Assembly (NCBI GenBank): GCA_965261395.1
Contig: OZ253462.1
Location: 1,344,001 to 1,408,000 of the forward strand
Reading direction: 5' to 3'
DNA: 64,000 nucleotides
Source of the DNA: Candidatus Latescibacterota bacterium
Lineage (GTDB): Bacteria > Latescibacterota > UBA2968 > UBA8231
This document shows positions 13,966 to 23,638 of the stretch, one piece after another. Numbering within the stretch: the stretch's first letter is position 1; each line of letters opens with the position of its first letter. The notes beneath the pieces were generated by a model. That model had not been told where the DNA came from, did no database searches, and was given only the letters and a program-made list of their open reading frames with translations. Made by a program: the position numbers and the translations under genes.

Positions 13966-16900
13966 ATGCCCGGCCAATTGTTCACTCATTACTTCCTTAC
14001 CGACGGCATAAAGGCTACGGCTGAGTGGCAAGCGTCTCTGGGCCAGCCGGAAGCGTTTGCTGCGTTTAGGAACGGCGTTACTCGACATCACGACGCCCTC
14101 AGCCGTTCCCGAAATCCCAACGAAGCCCGCACGGAGGAGGAACTGATTCGTCCGGTTCTGGAGCTTTTGGGATGGACCGAGTACGTGCCGCAGCCAAGCG
14201 CCGCTGGCCATGAGGACATTCCCGATCATCTGCTTTTCGCTGACGCCGAATCCAAGGTGCGGGCCGGGAATCCCTTCCAGAGCGCGACAGTAGTTGAAGA
14301 GAGCAAGCGCTTTGGGCTTGCTCTCGACAGCCGGGATCGGAATGACCGGGCGCAGCGTGGGACACCGCATGGTCAGATTCTCCGATACTTGGCGACGGCT
14401 GAGATCGAGTCGGAGGGGCACATTCGTTGGGGCATTCTTACCAATGGCAGCGTCTGGCGGCTCTACGACTATCGAGCCCGTCCGCGCGCCAGTGGTTTCT
14501 TTGAAGCCGACTTGGCAGAACTGCTCAAGCCCGGCAAGGAAGACGATCTCCGCGTTTTTCATCTGCTGTTTCGCCGCGAGTCCTTCATGCTCCGGGAAGG
14601 GGCCACGACCACGTTCCTTGAAGCGGCGTTGGCTGAGGGTCGGCGCTATGAGGAACAGGTCGCGCAGGATCTTTCGGGGGTGGTGTTTGAGCGGGTGTTT
14701 CCCAGCCTCGTCAATGCGCTTGCGAAGAAATCGGGGGGAAGCCTCGTCGAGAGTCGGGATGCGGCGTTGATCTTCCTCTATCGGCTGCTGTTTGTGCTCT
14801 ATGCCGAGGACCGGGGGCTGCTGCCGGTCAACGACGCGCGGTACGACGACTATGGTTTGCGAAAGCCTGTCCGCGACGAGATTGCGAGCAGGATGGCGGC
14901 TGATGACACGTACTCGGCGATTGCTACCAATTATTACGACCATCTGACGACGTTGTTCAAGCTCATTGACAAGGGCGACGAGTCCATCGGTCTGCCGCCC
15001 TACAACGGTGGGCTGTTCGCGGTGGAAGCAGCGCCCTTGCTGGAAGCGGTCCGCTTGGACGACAAAGAAATCGCGCCCATCATCTACGATCTGAGCCACG
15101 CTGAGGATTCGCAGGGCGTGCGGCGCTTTGTCAACTACCGCGACATGTCCGTGCAGCAGCTTGGCTCGATCTACGAGCGGCTGCTGGAGCGCGAGCCGGT
15201 GCGCGATGACGACGGCAACATTTCCATTCGTCCCAATCCGTATGCCCGCAAGGACAGCGGCAGTTTTTATACCTCTCAGGAACTCGTCGATCTGATTGTC
15301 GAGCGGACCTTGAAGCCGCTGGCCGAAGAGCGGCTGCAAGCCTTTGAGGACAAGGCCGCCGTGCTCAAAAGCGAACGCCGATCTAAGGAGGAACGACGGG
15401 CAGAGCTTGAGCAGCTTGACCCAGCAGAGGCCGTATTAGACCTCAAAGTTCTGGACCCGGCGATGGGTAGCGGACACTTCCTCGTCACGGCGGTGGATTT
15501 TCTGTCTGACTACATCGCCGAGTTGATCGAGCGCGTCCCCGAAATTCCGGAATGGTTGGATGGCGAGTACGCGTCGCCGCTGGTGGGGCGCGTGGCGGCG
15601 ATTCGGGATGACATTCGCAAACGGGCCGACGAATCGAATTGGGTCTTGGACGAGGCGCAGCTTACCGACCAAGCCATTATCCGCCGCATGGTGCTCAAGC
15701 GCTGCATTTACGGGGTGGATAAGAATCGGCTGACGGTCGAGTTGGCTAAGGTATCGCTGTGGCTGCACAGTTTTACGGTGGGTGCGCCGTTGTCCTTCCT
15801 CGATCACCATTTGCGTTGCGGCGACTCGCTGGTTGGTCTGCGAGTGCGGGACGCCACCGATGAGCTGCACCGGCTCGGCGGGATGTTTGCCGGTAGCGCC
15901 ATTGCCGGGGCGGAGACGGCTACCGACGGGATGCAGCGCATTGAGGAGATGTCCGACGCGGATGTTGCGGAGGTGCAGGAATCGGCAGTGCTGTTCGACG
16001 GGGTGGAGAAGACGACCGCTGATCTGCGCGGCTTGCTCGACTTTTTGTGCGGTTGGCGTTGGCTGACGGCTGGAATGAAGAAGAAAGAACGCGATGAATT
16101 TGAGGGGCCGTTGGTTACGACGCTCGGCCAGCATACGGCGGATGCTTACGAGCTTTTGGCGCGCGGGCCGGAGGAGATGGGTGTTGCCGACGACACGCGG
16201 TTTGCCGAGTTGTGGCGCGCGGCGCGAACTATTGCCAACCGCGAGGGCTTCCTGCATTGGGAGGTCGTCTTTCCGGGGGTGTGGCATCGGTGGCAGGAAA
16301 GCCGTCCGCAAGGCGGCTTTGACGCGGTTATTGGCAATCCGCCGTGGGATCGGATCAAGCTGCAAGAGGTCGAGTGGTTTGCCACCCGCGCTCACGACCT
16401 CGCGCTGGCACCGACGGCGGCTGCGCGACGAAAGGGCATTCAGCAGTTGCGCGATCAGGGAGCGTCCCTTGCGGCCGAATTCGACGCGGCCAAGGCGCAG
16501 TCCGAGAGTCTGAGCCAGATGGTGCGCTCCGGTGGCGACTACCCGTTGCTCAGCGGCGGCGACATCAACCTGTACTCGCTGTTCGTCGAGCGGTCCATGA
16601 GCCTGATTAAGCCGGATGGCTTTGTCGGCTTGCTGACTCCGTCGGGCATTTACGCCGACAAGACGGCGGCCCGGTTTTTCCAGTCTGTTTCGACCAACGG
16701 ACGGGTGGGCGGCCTATTCGATTTTGAAAACCGTCGTCTTGGAACCGACCTGCCGCCTTTCTTCCCGGATGTGGACTCCCGCTTCAAATTCTGCGCCCTC
16801 ATCTTGGGTGGTGAGGAGCGACGATCCGACCAGACCGAATGCGCCTTCTTTCTGCACGACACGAAAACGATCCATGACGAAGACCGCTGCTTTCCATTGA

Positions 16901-17970
16901 CGCCGGACGATTTCGCCCGCGTGAATCCGAATACTGGCACTGCGCCCGTGTTTCGCCGACGACGGGACGCCGAGATCACTCGTAGAATCTACGAGAGGCA
17001 TCCAGTGTTGGTGAAGTGTTTGCAAAATAAAAAGAAGCGCGTGTGGCCGGTGAAGTACACGACGATGTTTCACATGACCAACGACTCCCACCATTTCAGG
17101 ACGGCTGAACAACTCGATGTGGAAGGTTTCTATCCTGTCGAAGGCAATCGTTGGAAGAAAGGCGAGGAGCTCTATTTGCCGCTGTATGAAGGTAAGATGG
17201 TGCAGGCATTCGACCATCGCGCCGCTAGCGTCGTGGTCAACCCAGAGAACCTGAATCGTCCGGCCCAACCCCGCGAAGCTACCGACGAAGAACACGCCAA
17301 CCCAAATTGGCTACCGGAACATCAATACTGGGTGCCGGCATCTGAATGTGGCTGGACTTCGGGATCGAATTGGGTCTTGGGATTCAAAGAAATCACAGCG
17401 CCTACAAATGTGAGGACATTTATCGCCGCGCTTTTTCCTGCGGTCGGATTCGGGAACAAGGTGCCGATTCTCAAGCCGGGAAAGACAGACCGCAACGAAT
17501 GGTTGCTGGCTGCTAATCTCAACGCGATGTCTTTCGACTTCGTGACGCGGCAAAAAGTCCAAGGCCAGACTCTAAACCTGTTCATCGTTGAACAACTCCC
17601 CGTCATCGCCCCCGCCGACTACGACCGCTCCTTTGGCGCGACGACCGCCCGCGACCTCGTCCGCGACCTCGTGCTCCGCCTCACGTACACCGCCCACGAC
17701 ATGGCTCCCTTCGCCCGCGACCTCGGCTACGACGGCGAGCCCTTCATCTGGGACGAAGAGGAACGCCGCCACCTCCGCGCCCGCCTCGACGCCCTCTACT
17801 TCCACCTCTACGGCCTGTCGCGGGACGACGCCGAATACGTGCTCGACACCTTCCCAATCGTCCGCCGCGAAGACGAAGCAGCCTGCGGAAAATACCGCAC
17901 CCGCGATATGACGCTGGCCTACATGAATGCGCTGGCAGCGGGAGATACGGAGACGAGGGTGGCGGTGTAG
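13966..17970 (+). CDS. Type IIG (Eco57I-like) fused restriction-modification enzyme
   Basis: N-terminal PD...ESK nuclease motif, 'GILTNG..WRLY', 'GSFYT', motif I 'DPAMGSGHFL', motif IV 'GNPPW', C-terminal TRD. Confidence 0.92.
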   Translation: MPGQLFTHYFLTDGIKATAEWQASLGQPEAFAAFRNGVTRHHDALSRSRNPNEARTEEELIRPVLELLGWTEYVPQPSAAGHEDIPDHLLFADAESKVRAGNPFQSATVVEESKRFGLALDSRDRNDRAQRGTPHGQILRYLATAEIESEGHIRWGILTNGSVWRLYDYRARPRASGFFEADLAELLKPGKEDDLRVFHLLFRRESFMLREGATTTFLEAALAEGRRYEEQVAQDLSGVVFERVFPSLVNALAKKSGGSLVESRDAALIFLYRLLFVLYAEDRGLLPVNDARYDDYGLRKPVRDEIASRMAADDTYSAIATNYYDHLTTLFKLIDKGDESIGLPPYNGGLFAVEAAPLLEAVRLDDKEIAPIIYDLSHAEDSQGVRRFVNYRDMSVQQLGSIYERLLEREPVRDDDGNISIRPNPYARKDSGSFYTSQELVDLIVERTLKPLAEERLQAFEDKAAVLKSERRSKEERRAELEQLDPAEAVLDLKVLDPAMGSGHFLVTAVDFLSDYIAELIERVPEIPEWLDGEYASPLVGRVAAIRDDIRKRADESNWVLDEAQLTDQAIIRRMVLKRCIYGVDKNRLTVELAKVSLWLHSFTVGAPLSFLDHHLRCGDSLVGLRVRDATDELHRLGGMFAGSAIAGAETATDGMQRIEEMSDADVAEVQESAVLFDGVEKTTADLRGLLDFLCGWRWLTAGMKKKERDEFEGPLVTTLGQHTADAYELLARGPEEMGVADDTRFAELWRAARTIANREGFLHWEVVFPGVWHRWQESRPQGGFDAVIGNPPWDRIKLQEVEWFATRAHDLALAPTAAARRKGIQQLRDQGASLAAEFDAAKAQSESLSQMVRSGGDYPLLSGGDINLYSLFVERSMSLIKPDGFVGLLTPSGIYADKTAARFFQSVSTNGRVGGLFDFENRRLGTDLPPFFPDVDSRFKFCALILGGEERRSDQTECAFFLHDTKTIHDEDRCFPLTPDDFARVNPNTGTAPVFRRRRDAEITRRIYERHPVLVKCLQNKKKRVWPVKYTTMFHMTNDSHHFRTAEQLDVEGFYPVEGNRWKKGEELYLPLYEGKMVQAFDHRAASVVVNPENLNRPAQPREATDEEHANPNWLPEHQYWVPASECGWTSGSNWVLGFKEITAPTNVRTFIAALFPAVGFGNKVPILKPGKTDRNEWLLAANLNAMSFDFVTRQKVQGQTLNLFIVEQLPVIAPADYDRSFGATTARDLVRDLVLRLTYTAHDMAPFARDLGYDGEPFIWDEEERRHLRARLDALYFHLYGLSRDDAEYVLDTFPIVRREDEAACGKYRTRDMTLAYMNALAAGDTETRVAV

Positions 17971-18131
17971 ATTGGCGACAGCGGCGGTGCTTGACAGGGT
18001 TCGGGCGATCCGAGACGTTAAGCGTGACAGGCTTTTGGGACGGGGCAGTATCCATTCAACAGCTTCACTGAAGAGTGAACGCGGATTCCTGCAACAATGC
18101 CTATAATTACATACTACATGGAGTCCGTAGC

Positions 18132-18410
18132 ATGGATATCGGATATGTATGGGATAAAAATAAATATCAAGAAGTTCAAAGGAAGCACCAAGTCCAGTTT
18201 TATGAGGCCGTTTCCGCATTTGATGATCCAGACGGATACGAGGCCTCGGATCCAGCAGGGCATGAAGATCGGTGGATTCGGATAGGGGCAACCGCCAGTG
18301 GTCGAGTATTAGCCATAGTTTGCTCCGAAGAAGATTTACCGATCTACCGTTTTATCACCGCATTTGATGCAGAAGGAAGATGGCTCGATGGATACTACAC
18401 AAGAGACTGA
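18132..18410 (+). CDS. brnT: BrnT family ribonuclease toxin
   Basis: 'YVWD.NK....KHQV.F.EA..AF.DP...EDRW..IG.....VL.IV.......R.ITA'. Confidence 0.8.
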   Translation: MDIGYVWDKNKYQEVQRKHQVQFYEAVSAFDDPDGYEASDPAGHEDRWIRIGATASGRVLAIVCSEEDLPIYRFITAFDAEGRWLDGYYTRD

Positions 18411-19626
18411 ATTTGACTATCAAACGCATATGAAAGAAAGCGCACAAGGACCAAGCAAAATTAATCGTGGAACAGAGGCGCGTGAAAAACGACGTGAGGC
18501 TGCCGAGGAGCGGCTTTCCCAAAGCGGCCAGTTAAGCAGAGTTTTAGAAAAAATCCAAGAGATAGCGGAAACATCGGCTGACGGAGACCACATATACCGT
18601 GGAGAACCTAAGCACTATAAGAAAGTGTCTTCAAGTCTTTATCGTAAATATGGGGATATTGATGCAGAGCATTTTAATATTGAAATTGTCCAGAAAGAAA
18701 TTCTGAAGGAAGCCAAAAAATACACTAGCGAAACCGATGACTTTGAAATACTGACCGAACTCCAACACTACGGTGGCGCTACCAACCTGATAGATTTCAC
18801 CACTGATTGTCTCATAGCTCTTTTCTTTGCTTGCGAGGGCTCTGAATTTTTAGAAAAAGATGGTAGGGTTATCTTGTTGCAGAACACCAAGGAGGTGAAC
18901 AAATGGATTCAGTTCCCTCAGAATCCAAGAAACCGCATCATAGCCCAGAAAAGTATATTCGTTCTTCCACCTAATGGCTTTATTGAACCAGATCATGTAA
19001 TCAACATTCCAAAAGACATTAAATCTCCCATGTTAGATCACTTACGGAAATACCACGGCATATCTACGGAGACCATATACAACGACCTCCATGGTTTCAT
19101 CATATACCAAAGCGTTCATCAAAGTGCCTCTGTAGAGTTTTACGCTGGTCTTACTTATCATAGGAAAAAAGACTGCCTCAAAGCCATCGAACATTATAGC
19201 AAATCTATTGAACTCGATCCGCGAAAATCCTCTGCCTATTACAATCGAGGTATTGCTTATTTCGAAAAAGGTGCGTATGATCGTGCCTTCGAAGACTATA
19301 ATAAGGCAATAGAATTGGATCCAAAGTTTGCCGATGCTTTTAACAATCGCGGCAATGTTCACCTCGCAAAAGGTGCGTATGATCGTGCCTTCGAAGACTA
19401 TAATAAGGCAATAGAACTAAAGGATGTCGCGGCCTATTACAATCGTAGTCTATGTTGGCTACACTGGCAAAATTGGCAAGAAGCCAAATCCGACCTAACT
19501 GTTGCCAAAAGCATGGGTATGGATATTATTGCGGCATTTCGTAAAAATTGCGAAAACATTGAGGAATTTGAGGAGAAAATTAGTGTTAAATTGCCGGAAG
19601 ATATCGCAGCCATGCTAACGCCATAA
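18388..19626 (+). CDS. FRG domain + TPR protein with an antitoxin-like N-terminal extension
   Basis: 'YRGE', 'LQHYGGATNLIDFT..CLIALFFAC', 'NRIIAQKSIF' (FRG), followed by 3-4 TPRs. Start overlaps the brnT 3' end. AT-rich. Confidence 0.85.
   Translation: MDTTQETEFDYQTHMKESAQGPSKINRGTEAREKRREAAEERLSQSGQLSRVLEKIQEIAETSADGDHIYRGEPKHYKKVSSSLYRKYGDIDAEHFNIEIVQKEILKEAKKYTSETDDFEILTELQHYGGATNLIDFTTDCLIALFFACEGSEFLEKDGRVILLQNTKEVNKWIQFPQNPRNRIIAQKSIFVLPPNGFIEPDHVINIPKDIKSPMLDHLRKYHGISTETIYNDLHGFIIYQSVHQSASVEFYAGLTYHRKKDCLKAIEHYSKSIELDPRKSSAYYNRGIAYFEKGAYDRAFEDYNKAIELDPKFADAFNNRGNVHLAKGAYDRAFEDYNKAIELKDVAAYYNRSLCWLHWQNWQEAKSDLTVAKSMGMDIIAAFRKNCENIEEFEEKISVKLPEDIAAMLTP
19266..19416 (+). repeat. Exact 49-bp direct repeat in adjacent TPR units
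   Basis: 19266-19314 equals 19368-19416; spacing is 102 bp (34 codons). Confidence 0.9.
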
Positions 19627-19641
19627 TGAAGACACGACGAG

Positions 19642-19908
19642 ATGAAGAGAACATTGACCATTGACTACAGCGATGAGGTTCTACTGGCTCTCGGATGTTC
19701 ACCCAAGTAGTTCAACGAAGAGGCCAAGCTCCTCGTCGCTATCAAGCTCTACAAGTTGGGACGGTTGTCCTCGGGGGCCGCAGCCAAACTGGCCGACATT
19801 CCCAAGCCATTATTCCTGATGAAGTTAGCCGACTACGGTGTCGATGCCTTCCACCTGACCGAGGCAGACCTCCGACAGGACTTGGCTAGTGTCCGACATC
19901 ATCTGTGA
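19642..19908 (+). pseudogene. UPF0175 family antitoxin with an in-frame TAG at codon 23
   Basis: MKRTLTIDYSDEVLLALGCSPK*FNEEAKLLVAIKLYKLGRLSSGAAAKLADIPKPLFLMKLADYGV...; TAG at 19708-19710. Confidence 0.8.
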
Positions 19909-19942
19909 AGGCTATCAAAGCCGCTATCGAGGAGTCGAAAAA

Positions 19943-20182
19943 ATGAAGATGGGCTCCCGTTACGTCAAAATAGTGGAATGGTCTGCTGAAGATCAGTGCT
20001 ATGTTGGCAGTTGTCCGGGTCTCTTTTACGGTGGATGTCACGGTGATAACGAACAAGAAGTGTTTTCAGAACTGTGTCGCATCGTTGAAGAGACAATTGA
20101 ACTATACAGGCAAGACGGCAGGTCATTACCTTCACCGATATCCGGTAAGGACTATGCCAACAAGATGTTAGAAATTGCCTGA
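19943..20182 (+). CDS. HicB-like antitoxin
   Basis: 'YVKIVEWSAEDQCYVGSCPGL...CHGD...' HicB pattern; GAGGAG RBS. Confidence 0.75.
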   Translation: MKMGSRYVKIVEWSAEDQCYVGSCPGLFYGGCHGDNEQEVFSELCRIVEETIELYRQDGRSLPSPISGKDYANKMLEIA

Positions 20183-20199
20183 CAGGCCGCTGTAGTTAA

Positions 20200-21777
20200 T
20201 CAGTGAGCTATAGCCAATTCGACGCCGGTCAGTATCACTTGCTCGCGGCGATCTTTTTGCCCTGCCACTAGCCGCACGACGATCTCGTTGATCCCCTGCC
20301 GCAAAAAAGAACCATCCACTGCAAATTCCACGCTGACCCCTTCCATTTTCCCCTCGACCGGACGGGTGGGATAGCTGGCCCAAAACAGCGGTGCTGCCTG
20401 CTGGCGTGCCCAGCCCTCGCCGCTGACTTGAGCTTGATCCCAAGGGAGGGCGTGGCCGTTGAGAACGACTTCGAGGCGGTCTTCCGGGGGCAAGCGATCC
20501 AAACGCAAGGCCAAGCCGCCGGTGGCGTCGGCTACCTCATCGACAACGCGGATGCGAAGCGTCGGCCCCAAACTCGGGCTTTCAGCAGGCAAAGGCACGG
20601 GAAGCTGCGTCGAGGGGTTGGCCAAGCGGAAGGCGGCGCTGTGGCCCTCCGTGGGGCTGAAGGACATGGTACCGCTGATTTCATAGCACTTGTCGAGTTT
20701 TTTCAGGGTTTCGAGGTCGGAAAACTCAGCGGCGGTTTGGCGGTTCCATTCGGGCGACATGGTGTAGAAGTTGTACAGATAAATGCCGTCGGCCCCGTCG
20801 GTGAGCCAGCGCAGGGCCAAGGCGCGGAGGAAGCGCCGGTCGCTGTGGCGGGTGGCCTCAATGCAGCCATAGACGAGGCAGGGAGTAGAGGCCGCAGCGC
20901 GGACGAATTCATCGACCGGAGTTTCAAACGAGATAAAGCCGCCGCCAACGACGACGATATCGACGAGGCCGGTCTCGATCCATTCGTCAACGTCGAGGCC
21001 AATGCTCCGGGAATCGGCCAAAGTCGGCGGGACGCGGACGGCCAGTTGCAACGGTTTGCCCCGTTGGGCACTGACCTCGTCGAGCCGCGCCCTGATCTTT
21101 TGCACCAGATCGGTCATTAGGTAGCTGTTGGCCGTGGCTTCGGCCATGCGGAAGAAGGCCGAATGGCGCATGAAGTCGAGTTCGATGCCATCGACGTCAA
21201 AGCGCTCAAAGACCTCGCAGGCGATGCGCCGCATGTGTTCGCGCACCTCGGGGTGGGCGTAGTCGAGGCCGGTGCGGATGCCCCACTCAACTGACTTTTC
21301 GGGGAATTCTTCGCCGGGGCGGCCAATGAGCAGGTGGGGCTGCTGGCGGCGGAAGCGACCGTAGCCGGGATGGGTCGGGTCGATCACGTAGTGGCTGTTC
21401 ATGCGCACGCGCGGGAAGAAAGGGATCTCCGCCTCCCGGCACAGTCGCGCAAGCGCAGTCAACGGCCCGCCGCACTCGGCAATCAGACCTTGTAGGTTGG
21501 CGGCGAGTTGCTCTTCGACGCCGGGCGTGGCCGAGTGGACGAAGGAAGGGGCTGTCGCGTCGAGGCCGCTGCTTTCGTCACCGAATCGCTCGCCAATCTC
21601 CGTCTCGAAATGATACACCTCGTGATCGCCCGTGCTCCACCAGAGCGCGCCGCCAGTGCCAGCATAGCCGTCGACGACTTTTTCCTTTAGGTCAGCGACG
21701 GTGACGTTTTTCTCGGCTGTGAAAATCCAGCCGTCGTCAGTGAAGATGATGGGCGGTGCCTTGGGCTTGGGGGCCAT
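20200..21777 (-). CDS. Glycoside hydrolase-like TIM-barrel protein (GHL10-like)
   Basis: 'LDYAHPEVR', 'FDVDGIELDFMR', 'GADGIYLYN'; GGAGG RBS. Confidence 0.65.
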   Translation of the reverse strand: MAPKPKAPPIIFTDDGWIFTAEKNVTVADLKEKVVDGYAGTGGALWWSTGDHEVYHFETEIGERFGDESSGLDATAPSFVHSATPGVEEQLAANLQGLIAECGGPLTALARLCREAEIPFFPRVRMNSHYVIDPTHPGYGRFRRQQPHLLIGRPGEEFPEKSVEWGIRTGLDYAHPEVREHMRRIACEVFERFDVDGIELDFMRHSAFFRMAEATANSYLMTDLVQKIRARLDEVSAQRGKPLQLAVRVPPTLADSRSIGLDVDEWIETGLVDIVVVGGGFISFETPVDEFVRAAASTPCLVYGCIEATRHSDRRFLRALALRWLTDGADGIYLYNFYTMSPEWNRQTAAEFSDLETLKKLDKCYEISGTMSFSPTEGHSAAFRLANPSTQLPVPLPAESPSLGPTLRIRVVDEVADATGGLALRLDRLPPEDRLEVVLNGHALPWDQAQVSGEGWARQQAAPLFWASYPTRPVEGKMEGVSVEFAVDGSFLRQGINEIVVRLVAGQKDRREQVILTGVELAIAH

Positions 21778-21790
21778 GTCGCTTCCTCCG

Positions 21791-22867
21791 CTAACAGTCT
21801 AGATAGGCTTTGATGATGTCGATGATCAGGGCGATGTCGCAGCGGGCCTCTTCCAAGGGAGTACGCGGCTGCGCGCCCTCAGTGATGCAGGCGTGGAAGT
21901 GCTTCATCTCGCGGACGAAGGGGCCTTCCCACGCAATGGCTGGGCGGTGGACGACGGCCTCGCCGGCCTCGTCGAGAGTCTGAATCTCCAAGGTGGAGAG
22001 GATCCCCCGCGAAAAGCCGGTCGGATAAGAGAGCAACACGCGGCGGTCGTCCCCGCAAACTTCGAGGGTCTCCTTGAAGTCGCGCACATCCCTCAGCTCG
22101 ACCCAAGTGGCCGCACAGCGCGCGCCGTTTGGGTATGCGAGCATAGTGCTGACGCCCCAGCCGTCGTACCAGATTTCGGTGCTGGCGACCCGTTCGGGTA
22201 CGCCCATGATGGCGCGCAAGCCGTAGATGTCGTGGATCATGCTGCCGGCGAGGTGGCCAAAGGCAGCTTGCACGTCGGCGGGGACTTCGCCGATGGCTTC
22301 GCGCACGGCCGCAGCGCGCGCCGCGCTTGTCCGCTCGACGGCATCAGCGGGCAAATCGTCGGTGCGGTGCAGGCGGAAGTGCGCGAGGTGATGCGAGTTG
22401 TTGGTGTGCAGGTGGTGGATCTGCACGAAGCGGATTGCGGCCATGTCAGCGGCAGCGCGGGCCGCGGCCTCAAAGGCCGGATCGTACACCTTCATATAAC
22501 CAGCCAAGCCAACGGTGCCAGCCGCCTGCCGGGCGGCAATGATCCGATCGGCCTCTTGCAGCGAGAAGCAGATCGGCTTTTCGATAAAGACGTGTTTGCC
22601 AGCCTCAAAGGCGGCGACGGCGATCTCGGTCTTGGGATCGGTGTGGCACAAGAGCACGGCGTCGAGATCCGCGGCGAGCAGCGTGCGCCAGTCGTTGGTG
22701 TGGTATGGCACGTGAAACTCTTGCGCCACGGTCTGCGCCAAGGTCGGCGAGAGGTCGCAGACCATCTCGACGAAAAACAGGTCCTTGAGCGCGGTGAGGT
22801 TGGGCAGGTGCTGGACTTGGGCGACGGCCCCGCAGCCGATGACGCCGATGCGGATAGGATTTTTCAT
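21791..22867 (-). CDS. Gfo/Idh/MocA family oxidoreductase
   Basis: GVIGCG, 'AGKHVFIEKP', 'IHDI'. Confidence 0.92.
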   Translation of the reverse strand: MKNPIRIGVIGCGAVAQVQHLPNLTALKDLFFVEMVCDLSPTLAQTVAQEFHVPYHTNDWRTLLAADLDAVLLCHTDPKTEIAVAAFEAGKHVFIEKPICFSLQEADRIIAARQAAGTVGLAGYMKVYDPAFEAAARAAADMAAIRFVQIHHLHTNNSHHLAHFRLHRTDDLPADAVERTSAARAAAVREAIGEVPADVQAAFGHLAGSMIHDIYGLRAIMGVPERVASTEIWYDGWGVSTMLAYPNGARCAATWVELRDVRDFKETLEVCGDDRRVLLSYPTGFSRGILSTLEIQTLDEAGEAVVHRPAIAWEGPFVREMKHFHACITEGAQPRTPLEEARCDIALIIDIIKAYLDC

Positions 22868-23011
22868 AAGCGGTGTACCACGGTTGAATGGAAGGGAGTG
22901 TTAGGTGCTCAATATGGCGAAAAATAGAACGGCCCCTTTCCTGCCACAAGGCAAAAGGAGTCTTGCTAGCCAGCTTGGACGACGTATCTTGCTATGCCGT
23001 ATAGGAGGTGC

Positions 23012-23250
23012 ATGACTTTGACCAATCTATTTTTTGATCAGCCCGTTTTCAACTCGTCATATGAGTACCCGGTCAAGCGTTGGGAACTGGAAGAGAGAGC
23101 AACTGACCCAAGAGATCGTCAAAGGCCGGAGGCCAGTTCAATTCATCACGCCGATCCCGCAGCCGAAGAAGCAGCGAGACGGGCAACAAAATCGCCGTGA
23201 AGGTGGTCAATCTTCTGGGGGACGAGGTGATGAAGATGTTTCGGATGTGA
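23012..23250 (+). pseudogene. Collapsed type III-like R-M relic: Res N-terminus joined to Mod C-terminus
   Basis: AGGAGG + 'NLFFDQPVFNSSYEYPVKRWEL/QLTQEIVKGRRPVQFITPIPQPKK' (frameshifted), then 'KIAVKVVNLLGDEVMKMFRM*' at 23188-23250. Confidence 0.7.
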
Positions 23251-23584
23251 GGGGAAGGAAGAGATAGTTTGTAGTTGTGAAGGAGATGGACGATTTTTAT
23301 ATTGGCGAAGTTAAAGCGAGGAAGTGAGCGCGGTGATAAGACAGTGGATGCGAAGGAATCAAGCTGATTGCGGACTAAACAAAGAGGTGTAATGACTGAT
23401 CAAGAGATACAAGAATTGATAACATCTCCCAAGAAAATTAAAAAGAGGGAGCCTGCTGAAGGGTACAATGAAAGAGACAGCCACAGACGTTGCAATCTGG
23501 TATTGGAAGATGCCTCGGGCGATGAAAGAGTCCTTTCTGTTTTTATTCGTCAGAATATCTTTTTCGGAATAAGTAGTATTTGGC

Positions 23585-23613
23585 TTGACATATCCTCTTT
23601 ATCTTCGTATATT
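23585..23613 (+). promoter_or_regulatory. Transposase promoter overlapping the left TIR
   Basis: TTGACA-N17-TATATT. Confidence 0.7.
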
Positions 23614-23638
23614 TACAGTAAGAAAAGGGAGATACGCC

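Noticed and set aside
13948-15339. 463-aa minus-strand ORF and many other long antisense/alternate-frame ORFs (e.g. 10574-11956, 32024-33481, 54041-55249)
   Set aside because: Shadow ORFs of GC-rich genes; they overlap well-supported CDSs and show no motifs.
19708-19710. In-frame TAG as possible pyrrolysine or stop-codon reassignment
   Set aside because: Many intact genes here end in TAG, and the locus is otherwise decayed; a nonsense mutation is simpler.
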